Assembly (NCBI GenBank): GCA_947165685.1 | Contig: CAMVBK010000005.1 | Span: 23,071 to 87,070 of the forward strand | Direction: 5' to 3' | From: an uncultured Bacteroidales bacterium | GTDB lineage: Bacteria > Bacteroidota > Bacteroidia > Bacteroidales > WCHB1-69 | Length of the DNA stretch: 64,000 nucleotides | Shown here: positions 37,072 through 45,472 of the stretch, one piece after another | Layout of the letters: the number at the start of each line of letters is the position of its first letter | Numbering within the stretch: the stretch's first letter is position 1 | Program-made: the position numbers and the translations under genes | Notes under the pieces: model-generated | Told to the model about the DNA's origin: nothing | What the model saw: the letters and a program-made list of their open reading frames with translations, nothing else | Database searches by the model: none

Positions 37072-39414
37072 ATGTTTCGAAAAAGTAATCTCTTAATCCA
37101 AATACTCTCCCTCGGGGTGGGTCTTGCAATCGGCATCGTGCTGATTGCCAAAGTGTGCTTCGAGTTGTCGTACGACAGTTTCTATAAAGACGTGGACCGT
37201 ATATATTGTATCCGTTCTGGTTACGAACTACAGGGCGAATCCAGAGATTTCCCTCAGGTGAGTGGTGCGGTAGCATTTGGCTTCAAGGCAGAGGTGCCGG
37301 GAGTGGAAGAAGCCACTCGAATGACTTTCTATTTCAATAGTGACCGTTATTTGGACGAGGATGGCAATGTCATCACCGGAAATCTCCGTTTAGCCGATTC
37401 ATGCTTCTTCCGCGTTTTTGACCGTCCCATTCTGGCTGGCAATCCGGAGAAAGTGCTGTCAGAGCCGCTATGTTTGATGGTGTCGGAGTCGTTTGCCAAA
37501 AAAATGGGTGGCGTGGAGGAATGTATTGGCAAAATCATCTACAACGAGGATGTCCCTTTGTTGAAAATGACTATTGAGGGCGTATTCAAGGATTTTCCTA
37601 AAAATGGTTCTATAGACGCCGACATTTTGCTGTCGATGGAGAGTTATTCAAAAAGCAGCACGGAGAACTGGGTCGGTAACGACCGCTATGTGGGATTTGT
37701 GAAATTGCAACAAGGTGTTGATCCGCAATCGCTTAACGATGCCATCCGTAGGATGCAGGAGGCTCATCAGCCTTTGGAGGAGTTTGAGAAGAACGGCATG
37801 AAGCTGTGGTATTATCTTGCACCATTTGGTAAAACCCACCTCAAAGAGTCTTCGGTGCATTCAATGGTAATACTGCTTTCCGTTATTGCAACAATGCTGA
37901 TTGTCATCAGCTTACTCAACTATATCCTGATCACAATTTCATCTATGGTGCATCGAGCCAAAGAAATTGGGGTACGAAAGTGCTATGGTGCGAACGCTTT
38001 CAGTATTTATGGATTATTGGCTCGGGAGTCGATAATACATCTATTATTGGCACTCGTTTTGGCAGCTGCCATTATTTTTGCCACAAAAGGATTGATACAG
38101 AACTTGTTGGGTGTGCCATTTGGGACATTACTTGTTCCCCAAAGCATTTGGACTATTGTGGCTGTGCTGTTGCTTGTGCTGTTCGTTTCCGTTTTCGTTC
38201 CTGCGCAGCTTTACATGCGCATTCCCGTTTCGGTGGCCTTCCGCAATTATACGGAAAATTCGCGGCGATGGAAAATAGGACTGCTTGGCGTTCAGGTGTT
38301 TGTCAATGTATTTGTCATTTCGATGCTGATGGTCATCGCTTCGCAATATCATAAAATGATGAACGACGACCCGGGCTACAATTATGAGAATGTGTTGTTT
38401 GTGGACATGTACGACGGAAATCAAGAGGCTCAACAACGTGTGGTGAATGCTCTTGGCCAACTTTCTGAAGTGACACACATTGCAGCAAGCTATGGTCTTC
38501 CTTATATTTGGTCGAATGGCGACAACATATATCTTCCCGGTGATGATCGTGAATTGTTCAACGTGGCCGACCAATACGAGGCCACAGAGCAATTCTATGC
38601 TCTTTTCGGGATGGAGTTTGTTGACGGTCGCGCACCGGCCGATTCCAATGAAGTGGTGGTGAGCGAGAGTTTTGTGAAACGAATGAATGACTTCACGGAC
38701 TGGAGCGATGGAGCGGTGGGGAAACAGATTATGATTACCGGACACGAAAACTCTTTGACAAATCTTAAATCATTCACGATCACAGGTGTTTACCGTGACT
38801 ATCGTCTGGGTAGCCTCTTGGATATGGATACCCGACCGAGCGTGCGTTTCTACGGCAGTTTGGAGGACGGAGAGTCTTATATGCCGCATCTGGTTTTCAA
38901 AGTGAATAAAATGGATGAAACCACGATTGGGAAGCTGAAGGAAGCCATTTCTAAGGCCCTTGATGGAAAAGATGTACAGTTGAAAGTATATGCGGACGAA
39001 ATGCATTCAGCATACGAAGATAGTCGCAAGATGCGCAACACCGTTTTCATCGGTTCCATTTTTGCATTGATGATTGCCATGTTGGGCCTCATCGGTTTCA
39101 TACGCGATGAGTCGAGTCGTCGGAGCAAAGAAATGGCCATCCGCAAAATTAACGGTGCTACAGAGAGAGATGTACTAAGTATTTTTGCTTGGGGTGTGTT
39201 GAAGTTATCTCTTATTATGTCGATTTTTGCGTGTGCTTTCGCCTATTTCGTTGCCGACAAATGGCTTGAACAGTTCGCCGAGCACATCAGCCTCTCGCCG
39301 TTGTATTTCATCTTTGGCGCAACGGTGGTTCTTCTCATCGTAGCAGTCGTAGTCGTTATGAGTAGTGTCAGAATTGCGAGGACTAACCCTGCTGAGGCGT
39401 TGAAGAAGGAATAG
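37072..39414 (+). CDS. ABC transporter permease, long FtsX/MacB-type (permease 2)
   Basis: Same architecture as permease 1; C-terminal ..IARTNPAEALKKE. Confidence 0.9.
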   Translation: MFRKSNLLIQILSLGVGLAIGIVLIAKVCFELSYDSFYKDVDRIYCIRSGYELQGESRDFPQVSGAVAFGFKAEVPGVEEATRMTFYFNSDRYLDEDGNVITGNLRLADSCFFRVFDRPILAGNPEKVLSEPLCLMVSESFAKKMGGVEECIGKIIYNEDVPLLKMTIEGVFKDFPKNGSIDADILLSMESYSKSSTENWVGNDRYVGFVKLQQGVDPQSLNDAIRRMQEAHQPLEEFEKNGMKLWYYLAPFGKTHLKESSVHSMVILLSVIATMLIVISLLNYILITISSMVHRAKEIGVRKCYGANAFSIYGLLARESIIHLLLALVLAAAIIFATKGLIQNLLGVPFGTLLVPQSIWTIVAVLLLVLFVSVFVPAQLYMRIPVSVAFRNYTENSRRWKIGLLGVQVFVNVFVISMLMVIASQYHKMMNDDPGYNYENVLFVDMYDGNQEAQQRVVNALGQLSEVTHIAASYGLPYIWSNGDNIYLPGDDRELFNVADQYEATEQFYALFGMEFVDGRAPADSNEVVVSESFVKRMNDFTDWSDGAVGKQIMITGHENSLTNLKSFTITGVYRDYRLGSLLDMDTRPSVRFYGSLEDGESYMPHLVFKVNKMDETTIGKLKEAISKALDGKDVQLKVYADEMHSAYEDSRKMRNTVFIGSIFALMIAMLGLIGFIRDESSRRSKEMAIRKINGATERDVLSIFAWGVLKLSLIMSIFACAFAYFVADKWLEQFAEHISLSPLYFIFGATVVLLIVAVVVVMSSVRIARTNPAEALKKE

Positions 39415-39427
39415 TTACTTGAAAAGA

Positions 39428-39751
39428 TCAATTGATATGTGCAAAATGGTCCAAATAACGGTTGAGCGCGGCAAGGGTGTCCAAATCCCCATCAAGGAAA
39501 GCCCCGCAGTAAAGTTCCCGGAATCGGCAGAGCTCTTTCAGGAGGGCTCTGTGGTTGGGTTGCCCAAGCCTTCCGTATGCGATGGTCAGGTCGACGAGCT
39601 CTTGCATCCTTTCGAAAGCCTTCTCAGCGTTGTCACGACGGCCTTTAGCGAGCCATTTCGTGGCACGATAAGTTTCGCTCCCAATATTGGCCATCTGTTT
39701 TGCAAAGGGCATCTCGGCCCATGCTCCGTTACTGAGTGTCTCGTGCTGCAT
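39428..39751 (-). CDS. hypothetical 107 aa helical protein
   Basis: Intact ORF. A conserved 24-codon 3' relic of a paralogue occurs at 44123-44208. No motif recognised. Confidence 0.5.
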   Translation of the reverse strand: MQHETLSNGAWAEMPFAKQMANIGSETYRATKWLAKGRRDNAEKAFERMQELVDLTIAYGRLGQPNHRALLKELCRFRELYCGAFLDGDLDTLAALNRYLDHFAHIN

Positions 39752-39920
39752 TATTCAACGAATTTTGAAACGATGGATTTTATTTGTTCCCTGACTTCCG
39801 GATTCTCAACATCACGGCTGCGGTTGCCTTATCGGCCACACACTTAATCATATCAATGAAAGTATTGGATGCCAATTCTTTAAGTTGTTCTCTTGATATT
39901 TTTTCAGTAAGTACCTGCAT
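39752..39920 (-). pseudogene. possible decayed small gene (DUF5674-like N- and C-terminal pieces in different frames)
   Basis: MQVLTEKISREQLKELASNTFIDMIKCVADKA.. in one frame and ..RDVENPEVREQIKSIVSKFVE* in another. The family resemblance is from memory only. Confidence 0.3.
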
Positions 39921-39958
39921 AAATCATTTTTTCGGCAAAAATAATAAAATATCAACTT

Positions 39959-40029
39959 CCTTAGAGCAGCCCCGGAGGGGCAAAACGCGCGCAGCGCAAT
40001 TAACCCCACACAAGCGCAGCGCAGTGTGG
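39959..40029 (+). ncRNA. triple-hairpin element, copy 5 (leader of permease 3)
   Basis: gcccc-gga-ggggc, gcgc-gca-gcgc, ccacac-N12-gtgtgg; ends 18 nt before ATG 40048. Confidence 0.5.
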
Positions 40030-40047
40030 AACCTAAAACCAAATGAT

Positions 40048-42420
40048 ATGAAAAGCTACCTCAAATTCCTCAGCAGAAACAAACTCTACACCGCCGTGGA
40101 GGCGGTGGGACTGGTGGTGAGCCTCGCGTTCGTGATCATCATCGGCAGCTACGTGTGGCAGCAGTACGCCATCGCGCATTCCACCCCTGATGGCGAACGT
40201 GTCTATGCCGTGAGCGCTGACAACTACTTCTTCGGACTCTCGTGGTGGGACAAAGCCTGCTTCGAGGAGGAAATTCCCGAAGTGGAGACGGCCTGCCGGA
40301 TAGGCTCTACCGACGAAGATGCCATTGTCACGTATAAAGGCGAACCATTTAATGCCATTGTGACGTATGGAGACCCAGAGCTGTTCGAGATTTTCTCAGA
40401 CCACCCCTTGGTGGATGGCAGTCTTGAACCTTACCGGTTGAAGGGACAGTGCCTTGTCTCTGAGTCTTTTGCGAAGCGCGTGCTGGGTGAAAACCCTGTG
40501 GGCAAGCAGGTCTCGATGCGTTTTTTTTTCGAGAACGTAGGCGAATACACAGTATGTGGTGTCTATCGTGACTTCACGAACTCGATGATGCCGACCACGG
40601 AAGTCCTCCTCAACCCCGAATTTGAGCCGACACATGTCGGGAACGTGCCGTTCAGTTCTGTCGGGAATTTCACGACCTTGCTCAAGGTGCACGAAGGCAC
40701 AGACAGAGAACTGTTTGCCCAAAAGATAAAAGCTGTCTGCCACAAAAACTACGACCGCATTGGTTTAGTCAAAGATTTTCTCATCCATACGCTACCCGAG
40801 GTCTATTTCAACGATAACCAGTTCCATTTCAAGAGCGGCAGTCGGCAAGTGCTGAGGGTTTTGTCGGTTGTGGTGCTTCTGCTCTTCGTCTCCGCGTTGT
40901 TCAACTATATCAACCTGAACATGGCCTTGTCGGGGAAACGGGCCAAGGAGATGGCCACGAGACGTCTTCTCGGCACGCAAAAGTCCAGAATCATATTCAA
41001 CTATATGGTCGAATCCGTTTTGTTTACCGCAGTATGTTTCGTGGGTGCGCTGTTGTTAGCCTATGCGCTGCTCCCAATGATGAACAGCCTGCTGGGGATT
41101 TCAGGCGACGACGGCTTCCACGCATGGCAGTTCGCGGCGATTCGGATAGGCATGTCGGCGGCCTGTCTCGTGACCTACCTTTTGGTCATTGTGCTGGCAG
41201 GTTGTTTGGCGGGTTTGGCTCCGGCGGCCATGGCGTCGCGATTCGCACCCATAGATGTTGTGCGCGGCCGCTACCGGCTTCGGAGCAAAATGCTGTTCAG
41301 CAAGGTGTTCATTGTCTTTCAGAATGTGATCACCGTCGTGATGATTGCCTTGGCGCTGCTGATGGAAGTGCAGATGCGCTATATGCTCAACCGTCCTCTC
41401 AACGCTCGCTCCGAAGGGCTGTACTCGCTTCAGTTTTTCACTCAGAGCTACACAGAAATGCAGCCGCTTATCGACCGTTTGGAGATGATTCCCGAGGTGG
41501 AAAGCGTTGGCTGCGGGCGCGGTTTCGCCGGGCAGATCCAGCAGCTTTTCGGTTTTCCGGACATGGAAGGAGAAGAAATCTCCGTCTGGTCCATTCTTTG
41601 TGATGATGTCTATTTCAACCAGCTCGGACTGCATGTCATAGAGGATTTCGGGCATCCCAAACCCAATTCCGTTTGGTTTTCCAAATCGTTGGCGGACAAA
41701 CTGCTTCTGAACGATTCCTCAATGAACTATTATAGCCAAAGGTTCAACTTCAACGGGGCAAAGGTGGAATGTGTTGGAGGTGTTTATGAAGACATTCCCA
41801 CAAGTGTCTCCTCGGCTAATGAGGAACAGTCGCTGATTGTCGTTGCTCCGAGGAAAGATATTGCGTTTGCAGAAGGTATAATGATTGAAGTTTCAAGTAA
41901 TTACAAGGAAGCAGAAGCGGCGGTCATGAATGCATACGAAGAGTATTCTGCCGAAGAGAACAGTTTTGTGGTGCCACCGGCCCGAAACGGCTATGTGCGG
42001 GACTTGTTGGACAGGTCTTTGCTGCCCGCCCAAAAGGCCATGCGCCTGCTCGAACTGTTCATGCTGCTATCCGTCTTGATCTCCCTGCTCGGCCTCGTTG
42101 CCATGAGCACCTACTACAGCGGCGAGAACACCAAGAGCATCGCCGTGCGGAAAACCTTCGGCAGCGATGTGCGGCGCGAGCTGTGGCGCACGGTCAGAAG
42201 TTACATGCTGCTCGTCGGAATCGCGGCTATGATCGGTGTGCCTGTCGCTGTCTGGCTAAGCGGGAAGTATTTGGAACGTTTCGCCTATCGCATCGAGCAT
42301 TACGGCTGGATCTTTGTCGTGGCGGTCCTGCTCACCGCGCTGATGGCCTTCCTCTCGGTGCTTTGGCAGACCCTCCGCGCCGCGCGGACGAATCCTGCGG
42401 TGGCGTTGAAGAAGGAATAG
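40048..42420 (+). CDS. ABC transporter permease, long FtsX/MacB-type (permease 3)
   Basis: Starts MKSYLKFLSRNKLYTAVEAVGL, identical to permease 1. The longer track ORF from 39784 runs through the hairpin element and the antisense of minus-strand genes. Confidence 0.9.
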   Translation: MKSYLKFLSRNKLYTAVEAVGLVVSLAFVIIIGSYVWQQYAIAHSTPDGERVYAVSADNYFFGLSWWDKACFEEEIPEVETACRIGSTDEDAIVTYKGEPFNAIVTYGDPELFEIFSDHPLVDGSLEPYRLKGQCLVSESFAKRVLGENPVGKQVSMRFFFENVGEYTVCGVYRDFTNSMMPTTEVLLNPEFEPTHVGNVPFSSVGNFTTLLKVHEGTDRELFAQKIKAVCHKNYDRIGLVKDFLIHTLPEVYFNDNQFHFKSGSRQVLRVLSVVVLLLFVSALFNYINLNMALSGKRAKEMATRRLLGTQKSRIIFNYMVESVLFTAVCFVGALLLAYALLPMMNSLLGISGDDGFHAWQFAAIRIGMSAACLVTYLLVIVLAGCLAGLAPAAMASRFAPIDVVRGRYRLRSKMLFSKVFIVFQNVITVVMIALALLMEVQMRYMLNRPLNARSEGLYSLQFFTQSYTEMQPLIDRLEMIPEVESVGCGRGFAGQIQQLFGFPDMEGEEISVWSILCDDVYFNQLGLHVIEDFGHPKPNSVWFSKSLADKLLLNDSSMNYYSQRFNFNGAKVECVGGVYEDIPTSVSSANEEQSLIVVAPRKDIAFAEGIMIEVSSNYKEAEAAVMNAYEEYSAEENSFVVPPARNGYVRDLLDRSLLPAQKAMRLLELFMLLSVLISLLGLVAMSTYYSGENTKSIAVRKTFGSDVRRELWRTVRSYMLLVGIAAMIGVPVAVWLSGKYLERFAYRIEHYGWIFVVAVLLTALMAFLSVLWQTLRAARTNPAVALKKE

Positions 42421-42463
42421 AAACCTTGGATCACCTCGCGAAAGGTATGACTTTTTGGGCATT

Positions 42464-42490
42464 GTGAGATGCAAAATTTTGCGTCTCTAC
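42464..42490. repeat. GTAGAGACGC-type palindrome, copy 4
   Basis: GTGAGATGCAAAATTTTGCGTCTCTAC. The mismatch is a G-U pair on the plus strand. Confidence 0.75.
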
Positions 42491-42607
42491 CGGCTGTATC
42501 CGTCGCCAAAACTAATCAAGAACTTTGAAAATGGCGATTTATATATCTTATATTTCGCCATTTTAGGTTATTTTTATTTGTTTTGGCGGACTATCTGAAT
42601 AAAATTG

Positions 42608-42615
42608 TATCTTTG
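42608..42615 (+). promoter_or_regulatory. -7 box for the DUF234-type ATPase
   Basis: TATCTTTG, 25 nt before ATG 42640. Confidence 0.55.
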
Positions 42616-42639
42616 CACCTGTCATAAAACGGTATTGTT

Positions 42640-44061
42640 ATGGATAAAAATTTTATCGGCAGAAAACAGGAAATCAAAATGTTACAAGACATTAAAGATT
42701 CTGGAAAAGCTGAATTTGTGGCCGTTTACGGGCGTCGGCGCGTGGGCAAGACTTATCTGATACAACAATTTTTCGACAACAAGTTCGCCTTCTCCGCCAC
42801 GGGTATCCTAGAAGGCACCCGTGAAGAGGAACTCTTTGCCTTTACGAGTGCCATGATTGCTGTCGGTTATACAGGACCCCTGCCCAAGACTTGGCTCGAA
42901 GCATTTGAAGCACTCAAATCTGTTTTAGAGAAACAGTCGCGCAAAGGTCGTCTGGTCATCTATATTGACGAACTCCCTTGCTTTGATACGCCCAAGTCAG
43001 GCTTTGTACGTGCTTTAGGGCATTTTTGGAACACCTGGGCCGCATTACGTAAAGATGTCATACTTGTTGTTTGCGGTTCCGCTACCTCTTGGATGATTGA
43101 GAACATTGTCAATGACCACGGTGGGCTCCATGATCGAACCACCCATACTATCTATTTGAGGCAGTTTACGTTAGCAGAAACGGAATCCTATCTGAAGACT
43201 AAGAAAATCCATTGGTCTCGTCAGATGATTGTTGAGACATACATGATGCTCGGGGGCATACCCTATTACCTCTGTTTGCTCAACCCTCAAGAGAGCCTTG
43301 CCCAAAACATCGACAGACTCTATTTTCATAAAAACGCTGAACTCGGACAGGAATACCAACGACTTTACGCCTCTCTGTTCAAGTCGCCAGAATCTTACAT
43401 TCGCATCGTTGAGCTGTTAGGCAAGAACAAGCAGGGGCTCACGAGAGGAGAAATTGCAGAAAATCTGAAAATATCATCCAGCGGCACGCTGAGTAAACAG
43501 CTTGAAAATCTGGAATATTGCGACATCATTCGCCGTTATGTGACCAAGATGGGTGGCAAACCTAAAACCAACGAGGCCTATTTCCAATTGGTGGACCTCT
43601 TCACGCTTTTCCATCTCACTTTCTCCAAGAAACTTACCACTGAAGACTATTGGGAGCAGCATCTCAATACTCCAGTCCTTAACACTTGGCAAGGACTTGC
43701 TTTCGAGCATGTCTGCATGGTACATATAAACCAGATTCGTCATGCCCTTGGCCTTGACAGAATTGCGGTGGAATACTACTCTTGGCGAAACTCTAAAGTT
43801 CCTCGGGCACAAGTGGATATGATTATCGAGCGTGCTGACCGTCTTATCAACCTCTGCGAAATCAAATACACCCAATCAGAATATACCATCACTTCCGATG
43901 AGGATCTGAAAGTCCGTAACCGTGCGGCAGCATTCGTCCGGGAGACCAAGACCCGAAACGGTATCCTTCCCACTTGGATTACCCCTTACGGCCTTTCCCA
44001 GAACGAGTATTCTTCAAATGTCCAATATCAGGTGACGATGGACGACCTGTTTGCCGACTGA
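42640..44061 (+). CDS. solo ATPase (archaeal-type AAA / DUF234 family)
   Basis: F.GR..E...L......G...FV.VYGRRRVGKTYL Walker A, Walker B VIYIDELP, winged-helix-like middle part, C-terminal DUF234-like region. Confidence 0.85.
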   Translation: MDKNFIGRKQEIKMLQDIKDSGKAEFVAVYGRRRVGKTYLIQQFFDNKFAFSATGILEGTREEELFAFTSAMIAVGYTGPLPKTWLEAFEALKSVLEKQSRKGRLVIYIDELPCFDTPKSGFVRALGHFWNTWAALRKDVILVVCGSATSWMIENIVNDHGGLHDRTTHTIYLRQFTLAETESYLKTKKIHWSRQMIVETYMMLGGIPYYLCLLNPQESLAQNIDRLYFHKNAELGQEYQRLYASLFKSPESYIRIVELLGKNKQGLTRGEIAENLKISSSGTLSKQLENLEYCDIIRRYVTKMGGKPKTNEAYFQLVDLFTLFHLTFSKKLTTEDYWEQHLNTPVLNTWQGLAFEHVCMVHINQIRHALGLDRIAVEYYSWRNSKVPRAQVDMIIERADRLINLCEIKYTQSEYTITSDEDLKVRNRAAAFVRETKTRNGILPTWITPYGLSQNEYSSNVQYQVTMDDLFAD

Positions 44062-44065
44062 ATTG

Positions 44066-44208
44066 TCAGCTACGTTGCGCGCCGCGAAAACGAACCCGGC
44101 GGAGGCGTTGAAGAAGGAGTAGTTACTTGAAAATGTTAATTGATATGTGCAAAATGGTCCAGATAACGGTTTAGAGCGGAAAGGGTATCCAAATTCCCAT
44201 CAAGGAAA
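44066..44208. pseudogene. relic: last ~18 codons of an FtsX permease gene (plus strand) and last ~24 codons of a paralogue of the 107 aa gene (minus strand)
   Basis: ..cgcgccgcgaaaacgaacccggcggaggcgttgaagaaggagtag encodes (L)RAAKTNPAEALKKE*. It is followed by ttacttgaaaatgttaattgatatgtgcaaaatggtcc.., collinear with 39370-39510. Confidence 0.75.
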
Positions 44209-44236
44209 CAACATGCATTGATATCATAATATTTTG

Positions 44237-44244
44237 TACTTTTG
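44237..44244 (+). promoter_or_regulatory. -7 box
   Basis: TACTTTTG, 23 nt before ATG 44267. Confidence 0.55.
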
Positions 44245-44266
44245 CAGAAACAATTCCTATGTCAAG

Positions 44267-45334
44267 ATGAGATACAACAGATCTTTAATCCATGACGGCT
44301 TGTTAATGATGGTCGTTATCTTGTTTACTTCCATAGCTTTTTCGTTTAAACTTCATGCTCAGCGGGTGTTTGCCCCGTATTACGATGACAAAGACGCCAG
44401 ATTCCTTTATTGGGATTCATGTAGAAAAGACTATTTGCTCGTCAAGGACTATGATTTCGGATGCCTCTACATTCCAGGGATTGAAAAACCTGATTACGGT
44501 TACTCCTATAGCCATAAGACTCATAAGTTGACGCTGGTGGAGTGTAAGACGTTTATTGACATACCCGGTGTTCGCCTGAATCCAGATGGTTCCGCGATGA
44601 TCGATTCGGCTGGCAATCCAATCTTTGAAGAAGTAGAGAAGGTAAAGACCAAACGTCGTTCGATCAAGTTACCCGATAGTTTGGCGGCTCCTTTGACGGA
44701 ACTTTACCGTTTGGCTGTGAAGACCGCCCGTCCCGACACTTGTGTCAGCGATGAGCCGCCAATTTTGGATGGATGGGGATGGTCTTTTTATTCAGGAGCA
44801 TTCCCTGGCGGTGTCGCGAATGACCCGTTCCGTCATTCTTGTTCAAACGACACGGTTCGGAATGTTCAGCGTTTCAATAGGATTCATTTCTCTGTGGAAA
44901 AAGCTGTAAGAGAAGGGAATGTGAAACCTATTGTGAAGGTGATGCCTGTAGTGTGGGATTTGATTGAGGCATGGGGCGGGAAAACTGGGGGAAAAAGTGA
45001 AAAATTGTCTTTTGCGGATAAAATCAAAGAAGTTCGATACTTTGGAAATGTTATCCCAATTGAAGATTTTCACGTCAAAGAGGAGCGGAAGTGTTTCGAA
45101 GTTGCATGTAAAATGTCTTACGGTCGCTGGAAAGTAAAAACCGTTATCCCGGAGTGGCTGGTTCGCGATGCGGAGTCGATTGAAATTTGGATTGTCCCGG
45201 ATCGGCATGACAAAACCCCATACGTTGATTTGACGCGATGGTATAATGCAGGGACTCTTCCTGTAGGAGTATGTGTCCAATGTCAGGATGGGGCAACTGG
45301 CCATTTGGATATTTATTTCAATTGTAAAGAATAG
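44267..45334 (+). CDS. hypothetical secreted protein (355 aa)
   Basis: Signal/TM LLMMVVILFTSIAFSFKLHAQ. Three collinear weak similarity blocks with the 50064-51098 product. Confidence 0.6.
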   Translation: MRYNRSLIHDGLLMMVVILFTSIAFSFKLHAQRVFAPYYDDKDARFLYWDSCRKDYLLVKDYDFGCLYIPGIEKPDYGYSYSHKTHKLTLVECKTFIDIPGVRLNPDGSAMIDSAGNPIFEEVEKVKTKRRSIKLPDSLAAPLTELYRLAVKTARPDTCVSDEPPILDGWGWSFYSGAFPGGVANDPFRHSCSNDTVRNVQRFNRIHFSVEKAVREGNVKPIVKVMPVVWDLIEAWGGKTGGKSEKLSFADKIKEVRYFGNVIPIEDFHVKEERKCFEVACKMSYGRWKVKTVIPEWLVRDAESIEIWIVPDRHDKTPYVDLTRWYNAGTLPVGVCVQCQDGATGHLDIYFNCKE

Positions 45335-45338
45335 GGCG

Positions 45339-45376
45339 TGTAAAGAATCCTTACACTGCTGTAAAGGATGTTTACG
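45339..45376 (+). promoter_or_regulatory. tandem dyad TGTAA-N7-TTACA x2, copy D
   Basis: TGTAAagaatccTTACActgcTGTAAaggatgtTTACG. Confidence 0.5.
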
Positions 45377-45428
45377 CTTTTTGCGGTATTCATATTGTAT
45401 TCTGCTTAACGTCAATGACTTCACAGTT

Positions 45429-45444
45429 TGGCACGGTTGCTGTA
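45429..45444 (+). promoter_or_regulatory. candidate sigma-54 promoter, copy D
   Basis: TGGCACGgttgCTGT, 53 nt after the dyads; the -12 region is not canonical. Confidence 0.4.
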
Positions 45445-45472
45445 TGGGATTTGCAGCTGTAGATTTACCCTT

